Below are positions 46,449 to 56,249 of a stretch of 64,000 nucleotides of DNA, piece by piece. The DNA is from a virus: the IMG/VR virus record IMGVR_UViG_3300010401_000036, positions 3,382 to 67,381 of that record, one strand, 5' to 3'. Each line of letters opens with the position of its first letter. Within the stretch, counting starts at the first letter, position 1. A model generated the notes under the pieces. The model made no database searches and was not told where the DNA came from. It was given only the letters and a program-made list of their open reading frames with translations. The position numbers and the translations under genes are program-made.

Positions 46449-49136
46449 TCACGAGAAATACCCCCCTGCCACCGATCCGCGCTTCAGCTTGGCCAAGTCG
46501 CGAATCTGTTCTTCTACCTCGATTGCCTTGCTCTCTTCGTCGGTGTTGGCTAGTCCTAGAGAGCGCAAATGCTTCACGGCCTGCGTGGCACTGTCGGTCA
46601 AATCCCGATACTTGTGCTTTGGAAACGATTCCATTTCGTCGATTACCATCTCCGCCCAGTCCCGAGCCGGCGCGTAAACCAAAAGCTGGGAGAACGTCGG
46701 CTGTGCCGCATAAGCCCTTGCTTCCTTGCTCCCCGCAACCTGACAGAGCTGCACCGCGAAATCCAGCCGGCCATATCGGTTTGATAGCTCCTGCGCCGCA
46801 CTTATCCCGCTCGCCTTAGCTTCTATCAGAAGTTTGTCGACCCGGAAACGCTCGCATGTGTATTTCGTCCACTCCATCAGACCCCAGGTGGGCTGGGTTC
46901 GCTGGACCCAGTGCTGCTTGCTCTCGCCCGGAGCCATGTCCATGCGTGGACCAGAGAACTGCAGGTGCTTGCGCCAAGCGTGCACCAGCATGATACGGCT
47001 CTCACCCTCCTTGGAAAATACGCCCCAGATCGTCAGCGCGCTCGGGTCGTTGCGCTCCTGCTCGGTGAACGCCGAATCAAGCGATGCCACCAGATAGTCG
47101 AAGACCGGGAAGCGGCCGTCCGGGCTTTCCCAGAGTTGCCACCAGTCGCGTTGAAAGATACCACCGCCTCGAGGTGCCGGAGATTGTTGGTATTGTGATG
47201 CCCACGCCCATATTCCTATATCTGTTTGCAGCTTACCACAGACATCTTCAGAGAATCGCTCTGGCCACGCCAGCAACTTTTGGCTTTCGTCGTTTGGGTC
47301 GCATTCGTCATACCGCGGATCGTACCATCCGATCGAGGTACGCACTGGCTCATATTCGTTGTCTGTCTGTCGGCCATAGTCATAAAACATCGGGATCATC
47401 AAGTGATCGTAGGCCATACCCTTTTCCAAAATCACGCCAGAAACATCCTCTCCGTGAACGCGCTGCATGATGACAACGATAACGCCATGCTCCATGTCGT
47501 TCAGTCGGTTGGACATCGACTCTCTAAACCAGCGAATCGTTTCGGTGCGGACCGTATCCGACTCGGAGTCCTTAACGTTGTGCGGGTCATCAAGTACGAT
47601 TCTGTCGCCGCGCTGTCCAGTTCCTACGCCACCCACAGACGACGCCAACTTCCAGCCAGTTGACGTGTTCGATACCAGTTTCTTTCCTAGACTTCTAATC
47701 CCGACATTAAACGTCTCTTGGTATTCTGGATTTGTTACCAGCACACCAAAGCGGTCGTTGTCTCTCTCTGTCAGGTCTACCGAATAGGAAAACGTCACGT
47801 ACCTCAAATGAGGCATCTTCATGGGGCCCCACTCCCACGCGGGCCAGAAAACATCTGTTATGAGCGAGTTGTGGGTGGTCACAAGTTCCCTGCCGGCCAA
47901 GTAAAGGTTGCCCTCGACTTGAATGCATTTCACCCTACGAAGACCAACAGATTCAACGCTATCCACATAGCGATTTCTGGATCTGTCATTCATATTTCCA
48001 CGAACGCGCGCTTGCTTGCGGGGAAGATTGAAAACAATAGCTCCAACCGGAGGAATAAAGTTGATGAACTGATATGGACCGAAGGTTTTACCTTCACATT
48101 GTGACCATGTCTCTGTCTTCCATGCCTTCAAACCGAGAGACCTAGCGAGCACCATGAACCCGTCAGCAATGGCCTTATTCTTGTTTACGAACGAGCACGA
48201 CCCGTTCTTGGCACACATTCCGTCCGTATCCATCAACCCACGCAGCAACTCCCATCGCTGTTCGATAGACGATTCCAGATACTCTTGTGGAATATGCTTG
48301 TTCTGAATCAAACCCATTAGACGCAAGCGAACCCTCAAGCCTTCGATGGTGATATGATAGAACGCCGACTTACGAGGTGGTACTGGCGGAGCCACATGAG
48401 AGACACGGCCCAGCTTGCAAAAATGCTCAGCATCCTGCTCGCCAGCATAAATTATTCCTTCGTTGGACCCTCCGTCCCCAAGCCAGGCGCCGAGCACATA
48501 AGGATCAATCATCAACTGCCGTGGAGGGAACTTGATCGCTTCCGAAACCTTGATCCGGTCTGGCCTTTTTTCATAGCTAGACTGATGTTTATAGCCGCTT
48601 ATCCTTAAGTCAGACGTCGGCACCACCATGCTTTTGCGGCCGCGCCTATACTTAGGCTTTACGCTAGGTACATCTCTTTCAATTTCCCAAAGATGATCAC
48701 CGCTGGCAACAATCTCTGCTCCATCATCAAATTTTACTGCGAACGATTCCACAACACGGTCAGCCGTGCATGCCAATACTCTCTTTGGTGTTCCATCTGG
48801 CCCGAAGACAAAATCTCCCACAACCAGACCACCATGCTTTTTCCATCCCCACGTCGTCAAAATTGGCGTGTCATGATCCAAAGCCTTACAAAACCCTGGT
48901 GGAACGTTAATTAAAATACGGGTAATATGTCCATCAGTAACAGCCTGCAAATGATCGCAGACCGTGCGCATCGCCCAACCGTCCTTGAACTTCGTGTTGG
49001 GCTCAAGCACGTGCCAGAAATGCTTGATGAAGCGGTATAACCCGCCCTCCCCAACAAAGCTATTGCGCAGCAGCCGGCGCTGAGCTTCTTTCTGGAGTAG
49101 CTCGAGGCGTCGGCGGGTGTCGGGGTCTAGCTTCAT
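46449..49136 (-). CDS. terL: terminase large subunit (intein-containing)
   Basis: Walker A INVPPGFCK|S, GQRGD.IVLDDP Walker B, IMQR.H..D, QYQQ.P, S.DSAF, IEAKASG, FP...D..DS. Confidence 0.95.
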   Translation of the reverse strand: MKLDPDTRRRLELLQKEAQRRLLRNSFVGEGGLYRFIKHFWHVLEPNTKFKDGWAMRTVCDHLQAVTDGHITRILINVPPGFCKALDHDTPILTTWGWKKHGGLVVGDFVFGPDGTPKRVLACTADRVVESFAVKFDDGAEIVASGDHLWEIERDVPSVKPKYRRGRKSMVVPTSDLRISGYKHQSSYEKRPDRIKVSEAIKFPPRQLMIDPYVLGAWLGDGGSNEGIIYAGEQDAEHFCKLGRVSHVAPPVPPRKSAFYHITIEGLRVRLRLMGLIQNKHIPQEYLESSIEQRWELLRGLMDTDGMCAKNGSCSFVNKNKAIADGFMVLARSLGLKAWKTETWSQCEGKTFGPYQFINFIPPVGAIVFNLPRKQARVRGNMNDRSRNRYVDSVESVGLRRVKCIQVEGNLYLAGRELVTTHNSLITDVFWPAWEWGPMKMPHLRYVTFSYSVDLTERDNDRFGVLVTNPEYQETFNVGIRSLGKKLVSNTSTGWKLASSVGGVGTGQRGDRIVLDDPHNVKDSESDTVRTETIRWFRESMSNRLNDMEHGVIVVIMQRVHGEDVSGVILEKGMAYDHLMIPMFYDYGRQTDNEYEPVRTSIGWYDPRYDECDPNDESQKLLAWPERFSEDVCGKLQTDIGIWAWASQYQQSPAPRGGGIFQRDWWQLWESPDGRFPVFDYLVASLDSAFTEQERNDPSALTIWGVFSKEGESRIMLVHAWRKHLQFSGPRMDMAPGESKQHWVQRTQPTWGLMEWTKYTCERFRVDKLLIEAKASGISAAQELSNRYGRLDFAVQLCQVAGSKEARAYAAQPTFSQLLVYAPARDWAEMVIDEMESFPKHKYRDLTDSATQAVKHLRSLGLANTDEESKAIEVEEQIRDLAKLKRGSVAGGYFS
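47868..48884 (-). mobile_element. class 3 intein with LAGLIDADG endonuclease in the TerL P-loop
   Basis: 339 aa from K|ALDHDTPILT to LVTTHN|S; Ala1, block B DHLW, block F KCI, block G TTHN; LGAWLGDG and LLRGLMDTDG. Confidence 0.92.
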
Positions 49137-49309
49137 CTGACTTTAGACGCCCTACCATCTCCATTGCTTGTAGGCGACGCTGCGCTTGATGTCGTCAACT
49201 TGCGTGGGCGTGAGTCGAATTGATCCTCGTATAACCACTGCATCCGAAGGCAAGGGAGGCAGATCGATATAAAACCACTCCTTCAACTTAGCTCGCTCGG
49301 CGTCTTCGC

Positions 49310-49597
49310 TCATGCCCTTGCTCCAGCCCGTTCAATCGCGGCGATACCTAGAGGTAAATCCGCGATCATGCCCAAAGCCAGTTTGTACGTGTCCACAATG
49401 GCTTCAAGCTGTGCTCGGTCATCTGCGTCCTGCTTGCGCATGCGGACAATGGCGCGGAGGGCTTTCACGTCGAAGCCATTGCCTTTGGCCTCAAGGTAAA
49501 TCTCCGCAATGTCCTTCTGAAGCTCCCTCTTATCGGCTTCAAGGTTCTCTATTCGCTCGACGATGGATCGGAGTTGGTCGTGGGATACGGTGGTCAT
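49310..49597 (-). CDS. gapR: GapR / DUF2312 DNA-binding protein
   Basis: QLRSIVERIE.LE..K......I.E.Y.EAKGNGFDVKALR.IVRMRK. Confidence 0.9.
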   Translation of the reverse strand: MTTVSHDQLRSIVERIENLEADKRELQKDIAEIYLEAKGNGFDVKALRAIVRMRKQDADDRAQLEAIVDTYKLALGMIADLPLGIAAIERAGARA

Positions 49598-49598
49598 C

Positions 49599-49913
49599 TC
49601 ACTCTCCCTTTTCTGCCTTGGCCTTGGCTTCAGCTTGACGGCGGTACCAGGTACGCTCGGACATGCCGGCTTCGATCCATGGTTTATCGCGGGACTCACC
49701 GAGCCGCGGGCGACCGCGCTTTGATTTGGCTTCTGACGGGCCGGGCGCTACTCCGGCTTCCGGGCTGTCGGTCCCGGCTACGCTGTCTTCCTGCCCCACG
49801 ACAGAAGGCTGGTCGCAACGCGTTGCGTGTCTGCTTTCCACGCCGCCGTCAGAACTGTTCCGGGCGGCGCGCTTGGCGTCGCCCAGTGCTTTGAGTTGGT
49901 CTAGCTTACTCAT
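49599..49913 (-). CDS. small DNA-binding protein
   Basis: KRGRP AT-hook-like motif and KPW...GMS..TWYRR HTH. Confidence 0.6.
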   Translation of the reverse strand: MSKLDQLKALGDAKRAARNSSDGGVESRHATRCDQPSVVGQEDSVAGTDSPEAGVAPGPSEAKSKRGRPRLGESRDKPWIEAGMSERTWYRRQAEAKAKAEKGE

Positions 49914-50149
49914 CCGGCCTCGTTGTAGGCCTCAACAGCCTCAGTAACACTCTGGCCGCCATAGACAATCGTACCGCTCACAGCCACCTTGAATTGGTTA
50001 CGATTGCTGAACTCCAAGGTCTTCACCCTATTTGCTGAGGCCGAGGACGCATATCTCGTCCACCTCTCTTCCTCAATATACGAGAGAAGTTCATCTCGGC
50101 TTATGATGTGAGAACGACCAGATTTGCTGCGGTTAGGATGGTTGACCAT
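49910..50149 (-). CDS. hypothetical protein
   Basis: M.NHPNRS start; stop overlaps the next gene. Confidence 0.55.
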   Translation of the reverse strand: MVNHPNRSKSGRSHIISRDELLSYIEEERWTRYASSASANRVKTLEFSNRNQFKVAVSGTIVYGGQSVTEAVEAYNEAG

Positions 50150-50265
50150 CTTGCGTTCCAGCCCCTGAGAAAGCGCGAGGCACCGCTGGCACTTTATTGG
50201 CAGGATTTTGGCTGGATTGCAAGCCGATTGGCAGAATTATTTCTCCTCCGGCTCGCTCTGATCCG

Positions 50266-50484
50266 TCAGTTCTGCGTGTTCCTTCTCTCGTCCTCGCGCC
50301 TGATCCGAGCAAAAAGCTGATTCATGCGCCCCACTTTACGCAACGGGTCATTGCTGTGGCCTACGTGCCAGCCATCACACCTCAAGCACTTGTAGACATT
50401 GAGAGAATTGTCTTTGAATTTCTTTGCGGCAATACAGGCTCCAACCTTGTTCTTGTGACGCACCTTGCCGGTTGCGCAAGCCAT
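50266..50484 (-). CDS. small Zn-finger-like protein
   Basis: C.TGKVR.......A, Y.C..C.GWH.G. Confidence 0.65.
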   Translation of the reverse strand: MACATGKVRHKNKVGACIAAKKFKDNSLNVYKCLRCDGWHVGHSNDPLRKVGRMNQLFARIRREDERRNTQN

Positions 50485-50489
50485 CTGCC

Positions 50490-51083
50490 CTACTCCGTTT
50501 CGTCCTTATCCGTCTGATCCGTCAGCAGTAATTGTGCCGTCTTCGCCAGTTCCGTCACCAGCTCAGCGTCACTCAGCTTGTCGAACTCGCCAGCGCGCCC
50601 GATCTCATGCCGGTGCACATCGCGCCACTGGTCTTTGCGGCGGTTCTTGAGCCAGAAGATCTGGGCTGTGACGTCGGGGGGGACGTGCTTGCGCACCTTG
50701 GCCCTAACTATCTCGCCCTGATATTGAAAAATCTCTTCAGCCTCAAAGGTGTAGCCTATGGCGCGGTGATACAGGCTGCGTTCGACCCGCTCGTCCGCCA
50801 CGTCCTTCGCATTTATTATGGAATCAAGAAATTCGGGATACTCAGCTTTCCAATTGTTGAGCGTTACCGTTGAAACCTCAAAGAAATCAGCCACTTCTCT
50901 GTCTGTTTGACCGGATTTGCACAGCTTGCGAGCGAGATCCGCATACTCTGGCCGATAATCGGTGGGACGGCCTACTGGCTCAGGTCCCGATGTTCCCTCT
51001 TCACCAATAGCCACTGCCTTGCCCTCCGCACGGTCTGCAGCGCGTCTAACCTCGGCCTTGGAGGGTTTGCGGGGCTTTTTCAT
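50490..51083 (-). CDS. terS: terminase small subunit
   Basis: GRPT.Y, G.TD.E.A.FF.V...TL..WK..YPEF, V..SLY.RA.G, PPD.TA.IFWLKNR...WRD. Confidence 0.85.
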   Translation of the reverse strand: MKKPRKPSKAEVRRAADRAEGKAVAIGEEGTSGPEPVGRPTDYRPEYADLARKLCKSGQTDREVADFFEVSTVTLNNWKAEYPEFLDSIINAKDVADERVERSLYHRAIGYTFEAEEIFQYQGEIVRAKVRKHVPPDVTAQIFWLKNRRKDQWRDVHRHEIGRAGEFDKLSDAELVTELAKTAQLLLTDQTDKDETE

Positions 51084-51098
51084 TGTTTATTCAATTTG

Positions 51099-51596
51099 TT
51101 AACGAAATGTTTCGAGCGGCGTACCACTCTTGATGTAAAGTGGATGTTTTGGGGCTCCGGCCTTTGTCTTGCCGAAACAATGTGCTGCTGGCTTATGCGA
51201 CCTGATGTAACCCAGCAGGAAGTTGGATTTGCGAGCCGCCATCGGGTGGGCGCCCCATGCGCAAATCACGATATCGCATCGGCCGATCGCCGCAGATACG
51301 ACACGCTCATTCATCGGTCCAAGTGGATCTTCGGCCTTGGCGAGTTCGGCAGGGTCGGTCGCGCGAAGGCCGAAGATATTGACGACCTCGAAGCTTCCGT
51401 AGCCCATACCCTTCGCCAAGCGAATGCAAGACCGGATCGTCGCATCATCTATCTCGGCATCTGCTGTTGACGGATTCAGCATCACATAGAGGCAGCGTGG
51501 CTTGTCGTGATCCCATGTTCGCCGCAACAGGTAGCGATACCTGCCGCAATCCGAAATCACTGCGTCTCGCTCAAGGAAGAAATCTGTAGTCTGCAT
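51099..51596 (-). CDS. DUF1643-family protein
   Basis: S.CG.YRY.L.R.W, MLNPSTAD...DD.T, ICAWG, P.HPLY. Confidence 0.85.
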   Translation of the reverse strand: MQTTDFFLERDAVISDCGRYRYLLRRTWDHDKPRCLYVMLNPSTADAEIDDATIRSCIRLAKGMGYGSFEVVNIFGLRATDPAELAKAEDPLGPMNERVVSAAIGRCDIVICAWGAHPMAARKSNFLLGYIRSHKPAAHCFGKTKAGAPKHPLYIKSGTPLETFR

Positions 51597-51789
51597 TGTT
51601 GCCTCATCAGGCCAAGTTATCCCGCCACAGCTCGAGCCAAATCGCCGCGTTCAGTTCTGATTCGCTCGCGATCAGGGCCGGCGCGTGGCTCAGGAACTCC
51701 ATTGCTTTGAGTTCCTCGGTTTCCAGCAGGGTTTTCGTCCTGGTGCGGGGGATGAACTGGATGATTTCTGCGGTCATGTTATTGATCCT

Positions 51790-52086
51790 TCAGATGTATT
51801 TTGGCAAACCTGCCGCGCCGCAAAAGCCTGTTGGAACACCCTCTCGATCCTGCTGGGACCATCGCCAGAACATACATTTTGCCGCCACACATGAGTTACT
51901 AATGATATCTGAGGCTGATCGGTTTACCGCGGCGGCCACCCATTCATACGTTTTACCGGCCCCAGCATGTTTGTCCTCAAACTCCAAAACCCGGACTAAC
52001 GGGCACCACTTCGTCTTCGCCTCGTCCTCAGTCAGCATATCGCGAACGGTCATTGTCTGGTCCTTTAATTTGGCAGGGTTGGCCAT
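51790..52086 (-). CDS. small Cys-rich hypothetical protein
   Basis: EAK.KWCP, C.A..CM.WRW, G.CG.AG. Confidence 0.65.
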   Translation of the reverse strand: MANPAKLKDQTMTVRDMLTEDEAKTKWCPLVRVLEFEDKHAGAGKTYEWVAAAVNRSASDIISNSCVAAKCMFWRWSQQDREGVPTGFCGAAGLPKYI

Positions 52087-52395
52087 GGCTTTATGGGAAC
52101 TGTGACTGGTGACGCGCCGTAGATAAACGGCCCAGTACCTGTCGTTAGCACAATCGGGCCCGGAGTCGGCTTCCGTTCCGGCTTATCCTCGCCGAGCATG
52201 CGAGATCGGATATCAGGATAGTCAAATATGATGCTGGTCATTGTTCTTTCCTTGATTCGTCCTCGATTTCCCGTCCTCCGTTACAATCCGGACAGGGTGC
52301 TCCAGCGCCGCCGCAATCGCAAGCGAACGGGCCTCCCCATGGCTTATCACGGTGATATTCACAGACCCATCTGTGGTCATCGCAGCGTTGGCAGG

Positions 52396-52797
52396 TCATT
52401 GTGTCGCTCCGTGGTCGTGCCCGCCTTCGCGCAGCAATTTCTCTTCATCAAACGGCATCGGAACGAATGCATCTCGGCCAAGCATGGTTTCCATCCAGAC
52501 CTTCCAATCTGCGAACCGTGCAATCAATGCCACATCAAAAACAGTTGCTACCTTCAAAAGTGTTGCCATGGTGCTGTGCAAAACCTTCTCTGGATTTTCC
52601 AGTCTCGCAACTACGGGCTGAGAGGTTTCCATCAGTTCAGACAGGCGAGCTTGGCTCCAGCCTCTGTGGCTTCTCATGGCTCGAATTTGCCAAGCCAGCG
52701 TCAAGCCAATGACAGCAGCCATCATCTTATGTCGTTCATCCTTTTCTGAGAATTCCAATAACTCCCAAAGAGATGTGTTATCATCGTGGACAGTCAT
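52396..52797 (-). CDS. XRE-family HTH regulator
   Basis: QIR.MR..RGWSQ..L.....TSQ..V.RLENP. Confidence 0.8.
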   Translation of the reverse strand: MTVHDDNTSLWELLEFSEKDERHKMMAAVIGLTLAWQIRAMRSHRGWSQARLSELMETSQPVVARLENPEKVLHSTMATLLKVATVFDVALIARFADWKVWMETMLGRDAFVPMPFDEEKLLREGGHDHGATQ

Positions 52798-52852
52798 GCG
52801 GTCCTCCCATGATCGTGCCAGGTGCACAGCCGAATCCCCAGCTTGTGGGCTG

Positions 52853-53056
52853 TCATTTGGTGGCCTTTCTGGCGTGATAATCCTTCAGCCATGCGCGGGA
52901 TCGTTCGAGTTTTGCTTGCATCGCAGGCCTCGCCGATGCCGTCGGCAGGCCGGATGGGGTGATTTCCTTGGATGCTGGTTTCGCAGCCGAGGTGTTGATC
53001 TCATTGGCTTCAGGGGTGATTTCCTTCACCGAGCCGTCGGAGGGGTCGCGGATCAT
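52853..53056 (-). CDS. hypothetical protein
   Basis: Overlaps the stop of the replication gene. Confidence 0.5.
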   Translation of the reverse strand: MIRDPSDGSVKEITPEANEINTSAAKPASKEITPSGLPTASARPAMQAKLERSRAWLKDYHARKATK

Positions 53057-53706
53057 CCTGTCACCCTCATTGCGAGAATTGCGTGTTTTTCCAGGATCTC
53101 ACGCGGACATTTGCATGCCGGAGATTCCGGATCGGGACCGGCCTGCGGCGACCAATAGCCGGTTTTGTGGTAGGTCCGCACGACAGCTTCCCAATCGAAC
53201 GTGGGGGACTGCACCGTCGGCAGTTCCGGCGCTGGCGGTGGTTTGTTCTTCGCCTGGTAGTCGACCGCGCGCTGTACCCAGACGCGCCAGCGCGGTCCCC
53301 GTCCTCCCGGAATGCCTCGATCTAGCTCCCGGAACTTGGTCAGCTCGGATGTCGCACCGGCCTCTCCCAGCTTGGAGACTGCTTCCGTCCAGTCAGGTTC
53401 GGAAGGTCTCCAATTTCCGCGAAATTCCGCAGCCCCGTCCTCTCTCTCTTCTATAGAGTTACTCTTAGAGAGAGAGGCATCCGCGGAATTCCGCGGAATT
53501 CCAGAGTTTTCCGCGGAATTCCGCTTCCTCAAACGGTCCTTTTCCTTGCGTTGGTCAATGCGGAATTCCGCGGAATTCCGCGGAACGGAGACGATGAAAA
53601 GAGCCTCCTCGGCCGCCTGCACAGCGCGTGCAATCACCTGGGGGTCGACCTTCTGCTCGATCATTTCGAGCACCATGGAGGCAATAGGCGTCATTCCACG
53701 TCTCAC
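53053..53706 (-). CDS. putative replication initiator protein
   Basis: Lambdoid position; R.KDR.RKR then internal DNA repeats; DnaT-like W.PS...F...W..W; GPDP.SP.C..P tail. Confidence 0.6.
   Translation of the reverse strand: MRRGMTPIASMVLEMIEQKVDPQVIARAVQAAEEALFIVSVPRNSAEFRIDQRKEKDRLRKRNSAENSGIPRNSADASLSKSNSIEEREDGAAEFRGNWRPSEPDWTEAVSKLGEAGATSELTKFRELDRGIPGGRGPRWRVWVQRAVDYQAKNKPPPAPELPTVQSPTFDWEAVVRTYHKTGYWSPQAGPDPESPACKCPREILEKHAILAMRVTG
53410..53586. repeat. palindromic iteron cluster (putative replication origin)
   Basis: About five GCGGAATTCC(GC) copies at 53483-53524 and 53560-53581, plus a variant at ~53419. Confidence 0.7.
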
Positions 53707-53844
53707 AAAAACGAGATGGTTGGGCCGCCTAGAATGGTCTTGGAATTGTCGCGAGGGAATGCTAATTCAGCATCACGGGTCGAGGCTATTCCGCAGCCAA
53801 TTCGGCCGGCGCCGACGAGCTGGTAACTCGGTCGGCCACCCCTT

Positions 53845-54402
53845 TTAAGACCCTTGCTGGGCATCTGGCAAGGGTCTTTCAATTTCAGCCCGTAGCGCGG
53901 CCACCTGTGCGTCAAACTTCGGATCCGCGGCCATCAGTGCCTTGATCGTCTTTATCGCATGTATGACCGTCGTATGGTCTCTGTTGCCGAACCTGCGGCC
54001 GATCTCGGGGAGGGATTTTCCTGTAGTTTCAGCGGCTAGGTACATGCCAACCTGTCGAGCCCGGACAAATGGCACAAATCGCCTATCCGAGAGTAGGCTG
54101 ACCATGGTCACGTTTCCCCAGGCGCAGACCAGCTTTTGGATATTCCTGATCTGATTGACGGGAAAAACAGGGTTATCCACAGGATTTGGAGGTATTTTGG
54201 TCTCCGGAATGACCGGATAGACCAGAATCTCGCGCAGCTTGACCTTGGGTTTTGGGCTTGGTTCCGGCGATCGCTGGGAAGCCGAAGGGCATTTCACCCC
54301 CGTATCCACCTTGGCCTTGGCGGCAATGCTCAATTTGAGGGCATGGTGGCGGGCCTGGATCTCGGAGAGGCTGCGGTTCTCGAGTTCGGTCCATGCTGTC
54401 AT
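53845..54402 (-). CDS. DnaA C-terminal (domain IV) HTH protein
   Basis: RARQV.MYLA...T..SLPEIGRRFG.RDHTTVIHA. Confidence 0.88.
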   Translation of the reverse strand: MTAWTELENRSLSEIQARHHALKLSIAAKAKVDTGVKCPSASQRSPEPSPKPKVKLREILVYPVIPETKIPPNPVDNPVFPVNQIRNIQKLVCAWGNVTMVSLLSDRRFVPFVRARQVGMYLAAETTGKSLPEIGRRFGNRDHTTVIHAIKTIKALMAADPKFDAQVAALRAEIERPLPDAQQGS

Positions 54403-55130
54403 GCTACCCTCATCTCAAGCGGGCGAAATGTCGCCGCGATATGCCGGCTCAGCGGCAGCGGTATCTTCGCGATCATGGCGCTGGCCTGCTTGCGGTTGAT
54501 CTTAGGCCCGCCAAAATGTTCTCCAGCCGCAGTCAGGTGTTTTGTGTGAGGCGCACCGTCACGCAGATGGACAAGGGCAGCTTGCTGGAAACATCTCTTG
54601 CTTCCGTCAAACCTAAATCCAGTCACCTTGCGGTGCGTGCCAATCGGCATCAACGCCGGCACGTCGCCCCATAAATAGAAGCTACCATAGCTCCAGCGAG
54701 CTCTCCCGACCCACTTCTGTGCGCCGCGGACGTTCTCGACAATCAGCGGGATATGCTGTCCAGCCGCCTCGCACGCCTCGCGCTGGATGCGAAAGCAGGC
54801 ATTAAACAGCCGCCGCAGATCAGCTAGCTCCTGGCCGCTGGTGTCGGCCCGAATCGCCGCAGCCTTCGCCTTGGCGCGGCTCCACGGCATCGCCATGTAG
54901 CTGTATTCCTGACACGGCGGGGAAGCGACGATCAGATCGGCGGTCTTGAACTGCGAGCCGTGCAGCGTGAGTACGTCCTGCACCACGAGCTGCGCCGGAT
55001 AGCGGTGCTCTCCGTAAACATGCTGTTCGATGTCGAATCCGATCACGTCGTAACCCTCTGCAAGTAGTCCTTCCGTCCAGCCACCGAGGCCGCAGAATAG
55101 GTCAATGGCTAACGGCCTGCTCATGCGCAA
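54399..55130 (-). CDS. short C5-cytosine DNA methyltransferase-like protein
   Basis: IDLFCGLGG (I), SPPCQ (IV), ENV (VI); reduced C-terminal part. Confidence 0.8.
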   Translation of the reverse strand: MRMSRPLAIDLFCGLGGWTEGLLAEGYDVIGFDIEQHVYGEHRYPAQLVVQDVLTLHGSQFKTADLIVASPPCQEYSYMAMPWSRAKAKAAAIRADTSGQELADLRRLFNACFRIQREACEAAGQHIPLIVENVRGAQKWVGRARWSYGSFYLWGDVPALMPIGTHRKVTGFRFDGSKRCFQQAALVHLRDGAPHTKHLTAAGEHFGGPKINRKQASAMIAKIPLPLSRHIAATFRPLEMRVA

Positions 55131-55507
55131 GCCCTCACAATAACCCGCATCCCGGCCGGCGCATGGCCCCAGATCACATGCAGCCCGCGCATGTTCTTCT
55201 TGGCGTCGTTGGCGATGATCTCGATCCGCCGGAGATAGTCGATTACTGATTTGATGCCGTTGTCAGCGTCGAGTTCGCAATGGTCTTCGGATAGGATGAT
55301 GGTCACGACGAAGCGCTCAAGCCGGTCGAACCTGGGCGGATTTGGCGAGCGCTTGGCGGCCATCACGAATCGATCGGCCTGCTCTTTCCACGCGCGGAGC
55401 TTGGGCTGGGCGGTCCAGTCGACACGACGGGTCCGGTTCACAGATAGGGGTGGCGGCAGGTCGAGCATAACCACGTCTTGGGCTGGGAGATCGGCAAGGG
55501 CGTACAT
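55121..55507 (-). CDS. RusA-like Holliday junction resolvase
   Basis: LP.P.SVN, D.DN.IK...D.L, I..D. Confidence 0.7.
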   Translation of the reverse strand: MYALADLPAQDVVMLDLPPPLSVNRTRRVDWTAQPKLRAWKEQADRFVMAAKRSPNPPRFDRLERFVVTIILSEDHCELDADNGIKSVIDYLRRIEIIANDAKKNMRGLHVIWGHAPAGMRVIVRACA

Positions 55508-55827
55508 CAGGACCGCCTTTCGATCGCATCCAGATAGCTTGCCGAGGGGGAGCGGAGGAATGAGGGCAGCGGCTCCAACTGAGCCCGCTGCTCTCTCGCG
55601 CGGTAATAGGCGAGATCGTCGCGCCAGCATTTCAGCTCGTCGATCGGCACCAGCACGTAGCCGGGAGGAATGTAGATGCTGGCCGCTGCAGAGTCCTCCC
55701 CTGCAGCGGCCAGCTCACCCACGCCAAATGCCATTGCCGGCACGCTCTCACCGGGGCTGATGTGAGGCGCTGAGGATGGCGCGGGTGAAGTCTTGAAGGG
55801 GTTTGCGAGGTCGAGGGCGGGGTGCAT
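55507..55827 (-). CDS. hypothetical protein
   Basis: Overlapping junctions on both sides. Confidence 0.5.
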   Translation of the reverse strand: MHPALDLANPFKTSPAPSSAPHISPGESVPAMAFGVGELAAAGEDSAAASIYIPPGYVLVPIDELKCWRDDLAYYRAREQRAQLEPLPSFLRSPSASYLDAIERRS

Positions 55828-56033
55828 TAGGCTGGCTCCCTAAACCCAAAGACCGATGGGTCGACTCGCTTCTTTCGAGTCTTAAGGGCTTGGCAAATAA
55901 CAAGATAATTATCCGACGGTATCTTTCCTGCAGCACGCCACATGCTAACTGCTGGCGCCCCGATGCCGACCAGTGTGGCTGCGGCGCCTGTCCCGCCCAA
56001 AGCCTCGATCACGTCATCGACTGTTTTCAGCAT
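55827..56033 (-). CDS. Cro-like HTH protein
   Basis: VI.ALGG..A.A..VG....AVS.W...G.IP; first gene of the leftward operon. Confidence 0.8.
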   Translation of the reverse strand: MLKTVDDVIEALGGTGAAATLVGIGAPAVSMWRAAGKIPSDNYLVICQALKTRKKRVDPSVFGFREPA

Positions 56034-56129
56034 GCGACCTCTAAGTGCATGATTGGGGAGGCTTTCCCTCCCCTGGTATCATGCTAGTTGCTCCGGGTTT
56101 GAGGAGTTTTTCAACTCTAGTGCATCGCA

Positions 56130-56219
56130 CCTTAGGATATACGATTTGCGGCCGTCAAGAAAATAATTCAGGTCGAATGAAAATATGCAATTGACAGACT
56201 TCATCAGAAGTGAAACAAG
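56130..56219. promoter_or_regulatory. divergent promoters with two TTCA-N7-TGAA operator-like palindromes
   Basis: Leftward TTGACG (56153-56158), rightward TTGACA (56191-56196); palindromes at 56167-56181 and 56200-56214. Confidence 0.6.
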
Positions 56220-56249
56220 AGGGCATCAGATCGCTGATGGAGAGCCGCC

